DNA of 5,681 nucleotides. Source: a virus. This document shows positions 1 through 4,869 of this stretch, in pieces. A program made the position numbers and the translations under genes. Location: the IMG/VR virus record IMGVR_UViG_3300045988_018446, positions 1-5,681 of that record; one strand, written 5' to 3'. The notes under the pieces are model-generated. The model did not search any database. It was not told where the DNA came from and saw only the letters and a program-made list of their open reading frames with translations. Position 1 is the first letter of the stretch; each line of letters starts with the position of its first letter.

Positions 1-77
1 AGTTGGGTATCCTCCACGCTCAATGTTTGCGTCGTTCTCGGACGCTCTGAGGTGCCTTTCCATATATTTATGCCGCC
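1..77. repeat. Terminal direct repeat, copy 1. It is identical to 5605..5681 and marks a circular 5,604-nt genome.
   Basis: A base-by-base comparison shows 1..77 (agttgggtatcc...tttatgccgcc) equals 5605..5681 exactly. An exact end overlap like this is typical of a circular contig closed by an assembler. Confidence 0.95.
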
Positions 78-395
78 TTTGTAGATTTCGCCTGTTTCTG
101 TGTCTTGTGTCGGTACATGGTCATCGTCATAAGTTAGTGTAATAAACCATGTGCTTTCTTTGTCGTATCCGTATGCTTCTAGCTCCATCCGCGTCGCCCA
201 GTCTTTGCGTTTGCGCAGTCTGCACCCGGTACATTGTCCACATGGTATCAACATTACATCTTTGCGGTACATTAAATTTTCGTACGTCATTTTGGTCTTG
301 TGTATCTCGTTAAAAGAGGCGAGTGAGTATACTCGCCCACTCGCCTCTCTGTCATGAGGTACATAAAACCGGATTAGCGGTTTATTGCATCCCAT
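1..395 (-). CDS. VP4: Replication initiator VP4 (HUH superfamily-I Rep), N-terminal segment. The full CDS is 78..395 joined to 4980..5681, giving 339 aa.
   Basis: I translated the minus strand by hand. The ATG is at 393..395 and the nearest upstream in-frame stop is at 405..407. The product reads MGCNKPLIRFYVPHDREASGRVYSLASFNEIHKTKMTYENLMYRKDVMLIPCGQCTGCRLRKRKDWATRMELEAYGYDKESTWFITLTYDDDHVPTQDTETGEIYKGGINIWKGTSERPRTTQT and continues into LSVEDTQLF at 5627. It carries the CxxCxxC motif (222..242) and Rep motif I FITLTYDD (123..146), both typical of gokushovirus VP4. The ATG overlaps the VP2 stop as TAATG. Confidence 0.9.
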   Translation of the reverse strand, partial: MGCNKPLIRFYVPHDREASGRVYSLASFNEIHKTKMTYENLMYRKDVMLIPCGQCTGCRLRKRKDWATRMELEAYGYDKESTWFITLTYDDDHVPTQDTETGEIYKGGINIWKGTSERPRTTQTLSVEDTQ

Positions 396-1240
396 TACTT
401 TAGTTTATTCCTCCAAAATTCTATGTTTTTGTTTCCGACAAAGTCTCTTCCGGGTTTGTATTGGAGCTCGTCTTTGGATGGTTTTCTTCCTGCTCCACCG
501 GTTTTGGGCGTTAGATTGTTCAGGTCGTTGAAGACGTCCTTGAATGCATTAAACGCTTTGTCTGCGCTTGTGTGTGACCAGCTTGTAGCGTCTCCAACTG
601 CTTGTGCCGCGTTGTACCAGTTACTTTCGCTTTTGCTCCATGTGTTGTTGTGGTTTTGACTTACTCCGAGAGCGCTTGCGGTCGCTGCACTGCTGCTTGC
701 GAGGCCCATACTTGCCCCGCTGATAGTTCCCTGACTGCCACCCGGTGTACTTGCTCCGCCTTGCTGGTATGCTAAGATTGGGTTGATGCCGGCTTTGCGC
801 ATATCGTCTACTGCTCTTTGATATGCTGTGTTACTCATCTGCTCTTGCCAAGCTCTGTTTTTGGCTGCTTCCGCGCTGTTGTAGGACATTGCCGCGTTGT
901 TGCTTATCTGGTTATATACACCCTGAGTGATTGCCGCCATGGTGTTATAGCCCATTTGTTCGAACATGCTTTTGCGGTTAAACTTCTGCTGGCTTTGCAT
1001 ATTGCTTTGAATTGCCCCTAGCATACTGTTCCAGTCTTGCAGGTTTTGTTCTCGGTTTACGCCGCTGGCGGCGCTGCTGTAGCCGCCTCCCTGGCTTGAG
1101 CTTTCGTTGTGCTGTTGGCTTCCTCCGTTGCTCTCCATCAGATTCCCGCCCAGGAATTTGTTTATGAGTCCTCCGGCGATTGTTGGGAGTATTTGTTTGC
1201 CGATTCCGAGCAGTGCGCTGCCGATTGCTGCTAACGCCAT
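395..1240 (-). CDS. VP2: Minor capsid / DNA pilot protein VP2 (281 aa)
   Basis: The ATG is at 1238..1240 and the TAA at 395..397. The N-terminus is hydrophobic and Gly-rich (MALAAIGSALLGIGKQILPTIAGGLI). The middle is Q/S/N/G-rich low complexity. The block NTAYQRAVDDMRKAGINPILAY matches what I recognise from gokushovirus VP2 proteins. It sits immediately downstream of VP1. Confidence 0.8.
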   Translation of the reverse strand: MALAAIGSALLGIGKQILPTIAGGLINKFLGGNLMESNGGSQQHNESSSQGGGYSSAASGVNREQNLQDWNSMLGAIQSNMQSQQKFNRKSMFEQMGYNTMAAITQGVYNQISNNAAMSYNSAEAAKNRAWQEQMSNTAYQRAVDDMRKAGINPILAYQQGGASTPGGSQGTISGASMGLASSSAATASALGVSQNHNNTWSKSESNWYNAAQAVGDATSWSHTSADKAFNAFKDVFNDLNNLTPKTGGAGRKPSKDELQYKPGRDFVGNKNIEFWRNKLK

Positions 1241-1248
1241 AATAAAAT

Positions 1249-1271
1249 AGCCCGGGGTTTTGCCCCGGGCT
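1249..1271 (-). terminator. GC-rich hairpin between VP1 and VP2, probably a partial intrinsic terminator or attenuator
   Basis: Positions 1249..1257 (agcccgggg) pair perfectly with 1263..1271 (ccccgggct), giving a 9-bp stem with a 5-nt loop. On the minus-sense RNA the hairpin is followed by AUUUUAUU and then directly by the VP2 AUG. Confidence 0.6.
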
Positions 1272-1285
1272 TCCCCCTTTCCTGT

Positions 1286-2938
1286 TTAATGATGGTCGAC
1301 GAGCCCCGGAATGCTGTACATCGGCATAGGTCTCACGCTGGTGTTATCGATGACCGTGTCCATGATAAATTGAGGCTCGTTGTCTACGGCCAGAGTTCTC
1401 TGAATTTCGGAGTCTCCTTCTTTCATCCATGCCTGGCTTAAGCTCGGCGTTTCCGTGTAGTTGTCGCCGTAGTGCCAGCTGTCCAATGTCCCCGTTGCGT
1501 TCGAACGGAACTTGCCGCTGATGCGGTTAGGTTTCATTCGGTACTCTGCCCAAGCTTCCTGATAACCAAAGGCCTGTTCATCCGTTTTCGTGCCGGTGAG
1601 GTACAGCTCCTTTTTGAGAATCGCTTGCTCTCCCAGATTTGCGAAGACAGGGTAATAGAAATCCAGATTCGTTTTCCGACTCCACATCCGCTCGAGTCCC
1701 TGCTGGTAGGTATGGTCGTGCCGGATGCAGCACACTCCGATAACAAAGCCGTGCTCTTCGAAGCTCTTGGTGAACATACTCCCGTTGTATGGCGTGACGG
1801 ACACTGCTGCCGTGTTACCCTGCGGACTCTCTGCCGTCGTGCCACTGGTCTGGATGACCTGACTCATGTTGATGGTGATGCGTGTACCGCCCAGATACTC
1901 AGGAATTTGTACCGTCTTATCGCTGATTTTGGTGTGGAACAGCGAATAAATCATCTCGCGGTAACGGCTGCCTCCGCGTGCCAGCTGTTCGTAGTATTTT
2001 TGTACTTGAAATGCCTGTCGCAGCTGGTTGATGGTTACTCCGTTTAACTTGTCGAGTCTTGCGCCAAAGTATGCATTTCCGGTGTCTGATGTTCCAACTA
2101 TACCCATCGGCGGCTGATAACCTTGTATTCCGCTGATTGGCCCTACGGCATATAAGCCATTTTTTGGTGTTTCTCTATCCGGTGTTTTGTATGCCAGCAC
2201 CGGTGCATTGCCGCTCAGCGGAATTCTTACCGGTGCCCCCGCTTTCTGCGGAGAAGGCAGTGCGCTGGTGAAGTAGTCGTGGTATTTGTTGACCGGTAAA
2301 GGTCTGCCGCCTGTGTATGCGTTTTGGAGAATATACTCCAAATTCGGTGTTGCTGCGTCCATGCCCTTGGTTTCATCGTCCGTGTAGTTTACGGTTGCGT
2401 CTCCATCGCTGTTGACGGCCGGGTTGTCTACGTTCTGGTCTCTGAACCACTCCTGCCAAATCATGGCGTATGCTCTCATGGGCAGCGCGTTGATAGTGAA
2501 TGCCGTATCTTCTCCCTTGCTTACCTTGGTCGGAATGCCCATGTAGTCAAGGATGCTGCCCTCATAAGGTGCCGGTTTTTCTGCGGTGCCGGTTACTTTG
2601 ACCTGCGGAATGGTGTATTCTTGAGTCTGTGCCCACGGCCCCGTGTCGTTTTCGCCCATGAATCGTTTGAAGTTTTTCCATAGGATTCTGCACGGGACAT
2701 TAAAATAATAAATGTCCATGTGACAGTTATCCATAACCGGGAAGATAGGAGTTGTCATACGTATAATAGCGGCTTGGTCGATACTAAACGTGTCTCCCGG
2801 TAACACCTCGTCCACATAAAATGGGATGAGCTGTCCTGCATTGAGCGTCAGTTTGACATCTTGCCGCCGCTTGAATCGGCTTCGCGTAATGTCCAAGCGC
2901 GGGACTTGGTTAAATCCTGCGTCTTTGTTTCTGTTCAT
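1286..2938 (-). CDS. VP1: Major capsid protein VP1 (550 aa, Microviridae F-type capsid)
   Basis: The N-terminus FNQVPRLDITRSRFKRRQDVKLTLNAGQLIPFYVDEVLPGDTF is the hallmark of the microvirus major capsid N-terminus. The length is typical of Gokushovirinae-type VP1. GGAGG lies 7 nt upstream of the ATG (2936..2938). The ATG overlaps the VP3 stop as ATGA. Confidence 0.95.
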   Translation of the reverse strand: MNRNKDAGFNQVPRLDITRSRFKRRQDVKLTLNAGQLIPFYVDEVLPGDTFSIDQAAIIRMTTPIFPVMDNCHMDIYYFNVPCRILWKNFKRFMGENDTGPWAQTQEYTIPQVKVTGTAEKPAPYEGSILDYMGIPTKVSKGEDTAFTINALPMRAYAMIWQEWFRDQNVDNPAVNSDGDATVNYTDDETKGMDAATPNLEYILQNAYTGGRPLPVNKYHDYFTSALPSPQKAGAPVRIPLSGNAPVLAYKTPDRETPKNGLYAVGPISGIQGYQPPMGIVGTSDTGNAYFGARLDKLNGVTINQLRQAFQVQKYYEQLARGGSRYREMIYSLFHTKISDKTVQIPEYLGGTRITINMSQVIQTSGTTAESPQGNTAAVSVTPYNGSMFTKSFEEHGFVIGVCCIRHDHTYQQGLERMWSRKTNLDFYYPVFANLGEQAILKKELYLTGTKTDEQAFGYQEAWAEYRMKPNRISGKFRSNATGTLDSWHYGDNYTETPSLSQAWMKEGDSEIQRTLAVDNEPQFIMDTVIDNTSVRPMPMYSIPGLVDHH

Positions 2939-3411
2939 TCAGTCGCCTCCGTTTTCGGTTCCTCGGGTTTTTCTTCCTGATAGATTCCCAGATTTTTTGC
3001 CCACTCGACCGTTCCAAACGATGCAATAAATTTGTCGACATCGTTGTCAAATTTGAGCTTTATTTCTTTCGGCACTTCGTCCCAGATTTGCTCTGCTCGC
3101 ATCATGATGTTCTGGAGTTCGGCCAGATTTTGTGGTGCTTCGGCGAAGTCTTGGATGCCGCCCCCGATGTCCGGTTTGATACGTGCTGCAATGTCCGGGT
3201 CGATGCTTGCTTGTCGGATGATGTTTTCTAGCTTGGTTTCCTCGAGATAGCTGTCGATTTCGGCCTGTTGGTCAATGGTCTGGTCGAGCCTCAGCACTTT
3301 TTCGCCTTTTTCATTGCGTTCCCAGAGGTACGTGCGCCTTACGGTTTCCCCGGCCTCGGTTGGTTTTGCTGTGGCGGTCTGCCGCCAGTTACTTACTGAG
3401 CGATACGCCAT
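2935..3411 (-). CDS. VP3: Internal scaffolding protein VP3-like (158 aa from the ATG at 3411; the ORF is open up to a TTG at 3477)
   Basis: The protein is acidic and helical (…IDSYLEETKLENIIRQASIDPD…EQIWDEVPKEIKLKFDNDVDKFIASFG…) and sits directly upstream of VP1, coupled to it. I prefer the ATG at 3409..3411 because AAGGAG lies about 10 nt upstream. The longer track start at 3477 is a TTG with no Shine-Dalgarno (SD) sequence and would overlap the upstream gene by 89 nt. Confidence 0.65.
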   Translation of the reverse strand: MAYRSVSNWRQTATAKPTEAGETVRRTYLWERNEKGEKVLRLDQTIDQQAEIDSYLEETKLENIIRQASIDPDIAARIKPDIGGGIQDFAEAPQNLAELQNIMMRAEQIWDEVPKEIKLKFDNDVDKFIASFGTVEWAKNLGIYQEEKPEEPKTEATE

Positions 3412-3625
3412 CGTAAATGTTCTCCTTTGCCTCGGCGAACTCGCCGGTTTTTTCGTCGAACTTTGCCAGCCTGACAAGCCGGTAGTCGCTCGGCGTCTTG
3501 CTCATCATGTTGTGTTCGTCGGTGAGCGCAATTTTAAAATTACGCTCCGCTACTTTGTCTTCGCGTTCGGTAAAAATGGTGATATAGCCCATCACACAGC
3601 TATCGAAAATTCCGTATACGTTCAT
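3389..3625 (-). CDS. VP5: Small non-structural protein, VP5-like (78 aa)
   Basis: The ATG is at 3623..3625 and is preceded by AAAGAGGAAAAC. The pattern VYGIFDSCVMGY…AERNF…PSDYRLVRLAKFDEKTGEF resembles, from my memory, the conserved gokushovirus ORF5/VP5 pattern (Y/F-x-V/I-F-D … A-x-R-x-F … P-x-D-F/Y … G-x-F-D). This was not verified by a search. Confidence 0.55.
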   Translation of the reverse strand: MNVYGIFDSCVMGYITIFTEREDKVAERNFKIALTDEHNMMSKTPSDYRLVRLAKFDEKTGEFAEAKENIYDGVSLSK

Positions 3626-3635
3626 GTTTTCCTCT

Positions 3636-3734
3636 TTATTTGAACCAGTCTTTGATGATGTTGATTGCGTTAATGACGAGGTAGAACCCCGCTGCGAGAA
3701 ATGCCATAGTCATGCTTGCGAATACAGCGCTCAC
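3636..3734 (-). CDS. Small hydrophobic single-pass membrane peptide (32 aa from the GTG, or 25 aa from the ATG at 3713). It falls below the ORF-track size cut-off.
   Basis: My hand translation gives (V/M)SAVFASMTMAFLAAGFYLVINAINIIKDWFK followed by a stop. The GTG at 3732..3734 overlaps the TGA of the upstream basic ORF as GTGA. The TAA at 3636..3638 lies 10 nt before the VP5-like ATG. The ORF fills an otherwise unexplained gap in a tightly packed one-strand gene string. Confidence 0.45.
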   Translation of the reverse strand: MSAVFASMTMAFLAAGFYLVINAINIIKDWFK

Positions 3735-3850
3735 AGGCGGATTCCCCCTCTCATTGCGCCGCTGCCAAGGTTGATGGCCTTGGTTTTTCGTGCGGTCTTG
3801 TTGTAAATTTTTGCGTCCTTGGATTTGCGGACTTTACTCCTCTTTCCCAT
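3731..3850 (-). CDS. VP8: Small highly basic DNA-binding/packaging protein (39 aa), analogous to phiX174 J and gokushovirus ORF8/VP8. It falls below the ORF-track size cut-off.
   Basis: My hand translation gives MGKRSKVRKSKDAKIYNKTARKTKAINLGSGAMRGGIRL followed by a stop. It has 13 Lys/Arg and 1 acidic residue. As I recall, the C-terminal MRGGIRL is characteristic of small basic proteins in gokushovirus genomes. The ATG at 3848..3850 overlaps the 3' end of the 73-aa ORF by 17 nt, and a GAAGGGAAA purine tract lies upstream. Confidence 0.6.
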   Translation of the reverse strand: MGKRSKVRKSKDAKIYNKTARKTKAINLGSGAMRGGIRL

Positions 3851-4055
3851 GGTTGATTTCCCTTCTGAGGATTTCTACCTCAATTTCTGTCGCTTTTGCT
3901 TTTTTTCTGAAGACCATGTCAAGGTAAAACTTTGCGTCGTCGTACTTTGCGGCCTGTCGTAGCAGTTTGTAAGCGGCGTCGATTTCCTTGTAGGTTCGTG
4001 TCAATTCCTCCATGAGTTTCGTGTCGGTCTGGTCTCTTACGTTCCACGTTTTCAC
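3834..4055 (-). CDS. Hypothetical helical protein (73 aa, GTG start)
   Basis: The ORF is on the coding strand. It is a charged, helical-looking sequence (…LMEELTRTYKEIDAAYKLLRQAAKYDDAKFYLDMVFRKKAKATEIEVEILRREI…). GAGGAG lies 12 nt upstream of the GTG at 4053..4055. I recognise no family for it. Confidence 0.5.
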   Translation of the reverse strand: MKTWNVRDQTDTKLMEELTRTYKEIDAAYKLLRQAAKYDDAKFYLDMVFRKKAKATEIEVEILRREINHGKEE

Positions 4056-4064
4056 CTTGGTTAG

Positions 4065-4211
4065 TTACTCCTCGGGCTTGTTGCCCTCTACTGCGTGATA
4101 AATCTTGTCCAGCATAGCCAAGATTTTGCGGATGTTGTTAAACAGCGCGTCGATTTCCTCGATAGACAGAGCAGACACCTTCTTTTTTAAGTTATTTTGT
4201 ATAAATGGCAT
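4065..4211 (-). CDS. Hypothetical small protein (48 aa). It falls below the ORF-track size cut-off.
   Basis: My hand translation gives MPFIQNNLKKKVSALSIEEIDALFNNIRKILAMLDKIYHAVEGNKPEE followed by a stop. The ATG at 4209..4211 is the first start after an in-frame TAG. Only a weak GGAAAG lies upstream. The stop is 9 nt before the next gene start. Support comes only from strand, packing and a non-random helical sequence. Confidence 0.4.
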   Translation of the reverse strand: MPFIQNNLKKKVSALSIEEIDALFNNIRKILAMLDKIYHAVEGNKPEE

Positions 4212-4254
4212 TGTAAAACAGCACTTTCCGCTGTCTAACTATTTATGTTGTATC

Positions 4255-4283
4255 AAAAAAAACAGGGCTTGTCAAGCCCTGTT
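4255..4283 (-). terminator. Rho-independent terminator on the minus strand, downstream of the Cys-rich ORF
   Basis: Positions 4261..4270 (aacagggctt) pair perfectly with 4274..4283 (aagccctgtt) around a 3-nt loop. On the minus-sense RNA the GC-rich stem is followed by a run of 8 U (plus-strand A run at 4255..4262). The hairpin starts 6 nt after the TAA at 4290..4292. Confidence 0.8.
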
Positions 4284-4289
4284 CTGGAA

Positions 4290-4466
4290 TTATTTTTCTC
4301 TTTTGTTTAGTTCGTCTTTTGCTAGCGCGTGGATGTATTCGCAACGGTAGCTTATGTCGCTACATGGGCATTTTTCGCAATCGTAGTTGCAGTGCTTGAA
4401 TTTGTAGTCCATCCATCTCAAGGTCTCTGTGTCAAGGTCTTTGTACTTTGCTCTTAAAGTTTCCAT
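4290..4466 (-). CDS. Small Cys-rich protein (58 aa), a putative metal-binding protein of unknown function. It falls below the ORF-track size cut-off.
   Basis: My hand translation gives METLRAKYKDLDTETLRWMDYKFKHCNYDCEKCPCSDISYRCEYIHALAKDELNKREK followed by a stop. The cysteine pattern is H-C-x3-C-x2-C-x-C-x6-C-x3-H. The ATG at 4464..4466 is preceded by AAGGGGA with about 8 nt spacing. A consensus promoter lies upstream and a terminator downstream. Confidence 0.65.
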   Translation of the reverse strand: METLRAKYKDLDTETLRWMDYKFKHCNYDCEKCPCSDISYRCEYIHALAKDELNKREK

Positions 4467-4492
4467 AGTCTTTATCCCCTTTCTTTAATTGG

Positions 4493-4521
4493 ATTATACC
4501 ACAACTTTGCTTATTTGTCAA
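4493..4521 (-). promoter_or_regulatory. Consensus sigma70-type promoter with an extended -10 element
   Basis: The minus-sense sequence reads ctcTTGACAaataagcaaagttgTGgTATAATcc. The -35 TTGACA is at 4516..4521 and the -10 TATAAT at 4493..4498. The spacer is exactly 17 nt and TGn lies immediately upstream of the -10. An A/T-rich tract sits upstream of the -35. The Cys-rich ORF's ATG is about 27 nt downstream of the -10. Confidence 0.8.
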
Positions 4522-4644
4522 GAGGTTTTTGGAAAAAAGTTTAGATGCACTATGCCTTGAATGTCATGCGGTAGGCGCGGTGCGCCGTGCGAAGAGCATG
4601 ACGAGACCTTCCGGTTTCGCTCGCCGGACGGCCTTTAATTCGAT

Positions 4645-4653
4645 TTTTCCACA
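4645..4653 (+). promoter_or_regulatory. DnaA-box match TTTTCCACA (fits the relaxed consensus TTWTNCACA)
   Basis: This is a direct read of the sequence. It differs by one base from the canonical TTATCCACA. It has the same orientation as the other two boxes and overlaps the first CACTTTCAA repeat. Confidence 0.5.
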
Positions 4654-4671
4654 CTTTCAACACTTTCAACA
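4652..4671 (+). repeat. Tandem CACTTTCAA x2 (+CA). This is iteron pair 1, containing TTCAACA at 4656..4662 and 4665..4671.
   Basis: This is a direct read: cactttcaa|cactttcaa|ca. The 11-mer CACTTTCAACA recurs at 4717..4727. Confidence 0.85.
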
Positions 4672-4673
4672 GG

Positions 4674-4682
4674 TTTTCCACG
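4674..4682 (+). promoter_or_regulatory. DnaA-box-like TTTTCCACG (two mismatches to TTATCCACA)
   Basis: This is a direct read. It has the same orientation as the box at 4645 and lies 29 nt downstream of it. Confidence 0.35.
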
Positions 4683-4688
4683 AAAAGT

Positions 4689-4708
4689 TGCACAAATGGT
4701 TTTGTGCA
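4689..4708. other. Perfect 8-bp inverted repeat or hairpin, TGCACAAA-tggt-TTTGTGCA
   Basis: Positions 4689..4696 are the reverse complement of 4701..4708, with a 4-nt loop. It lies between the second and third DnaA-box matches. Confidence 0.7.
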
Positions 4709-4716
4709 TATTGCTA

Positions 4717-4736
4717 CACTTTCAACAATTCAACAA
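4717..4736 (+). repeat. Iteron pair 2: CACTTTCAACA followed by a tandem TTCAACAA (TTCAACA at 4721..4727 and 4729..4735)
   Basis: This is a direct read. The 10-mer CAACAAGTTA (4731..4740) overlaps this pair and runs into the perfect DnaA box. The same 10-mer is repeated at 4840..4849. Confidence 0.85.
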
Positions 4737-4737
4737 G

Positions 4738-4746
4738 TTATCCACA
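4738..4746 (+). promoter_or_regulatory. Perfect DnaA box TTATCCACA
   Basis: This is an exact 9/9 match to the canonical high-affinity DnaA box and the only perfect copy in the window. It lies in the non-coding region. Confidence 0.6.
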
Positions 4747-4805
4747 AAAGTATCAACATCAAAATAATCCAAAAAATATCGTTCTAAGGATAAAAATTCA
4801 TGGTA

Positions 4806-4820
4806 TTCAACATTTCAACA
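4806..4820 (+). repeat. Iteron pair 3: TTCAACA at 4806..4812 and 4814..4820
   Basis: This is a direct read (attcaacatttcaaca). All six TTCAACA copies share one orientation and occur as pairs spaced 8 to 9 nt apart. Confidence 0.8.
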
Positions 4821-4824
4821 CTCC

Positions 4825-4869
4825 CTACTATTACGACTACAACAAGTTAATAATAAATAATAATAATAT
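4825..4869. repeat. Trinucleotide-periodic tract (CTA CTA TTA CGA CTA CAA CAA) running into a pure A/T block (TAA)3-A-(TAA)3-TAT. This is a candidate DNA-unwinding element.
   Basis: This is a direct read. Positions 4825..4845 are seven triplets that all end in A. Positions 4847..4869 are 23 consecutive A/T bases built from TAA units. Confidence 0.7.

Noticed and set aside
1-77. The 77-nt terminal direct repeat could be a biological terminal redundancy, LTR or att duplication.
   Set aside because: The Rep reading frame runs seamlessly through the junction and Microviridae genomes are circular. An exact end overlap of this size is the usual signature of de Bruijn assembly of a circle.
1534-1845. 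A 103-aa minus-strand ORF is overprinted in an alternative frame of VP1.
   Set aside because: Overlapping genes do exist in Microviridae (phiX174 E, K, B), so I considered it. It has a GTG start with no SD, and its Arg/Ser/Thr-rich low-complexity product looks like an off-frame read of a GC-balanced gene. It would need conservation evidence that I cannot obtain here.
3735-3836. The 73-aa ORF and the hydrophobic peptide are in the same frame. They are separated by a single TAA (3834..3836) and 33 open codons, which could suggest stop-codon read-through or a fused protein.
   Set aside because: There is no read-through context or supporting signal. The intervening frame is already used out of frame by the clearly protein-like basic ORF. 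The GTGA coupling gives a simpler explanation for translation of the peptide.
4270-4275. TTGACA occurs in the loop and stem of the 4261..4283 terminator, and another TTGACA at 4908..4913. Either could be an extra minus-strand promoter for the downstream operon.
   Set aside because: Neither has an acceptable -10 hexamer at 16 to 18 nt. The best candidates are TACAAC and TAATCG. I treat them as chance hexamers, and operon expression by terminator read-through is the simpler model.
4579-4590. GGTGCGC resembles the start of the XerC arm of the E. coli dif site. This matters because some gokushoviruses lysogenise at dif.
   Set aside because: Only 7 of the 11 arm positions match. There is no central region or XerD arm (TTATGTTAAAT-like) following. 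The AAGTATATATACTT palindrome at 4935..4948 also lacks dif arms. I see no integrase and no convincing att or dif site in the window.
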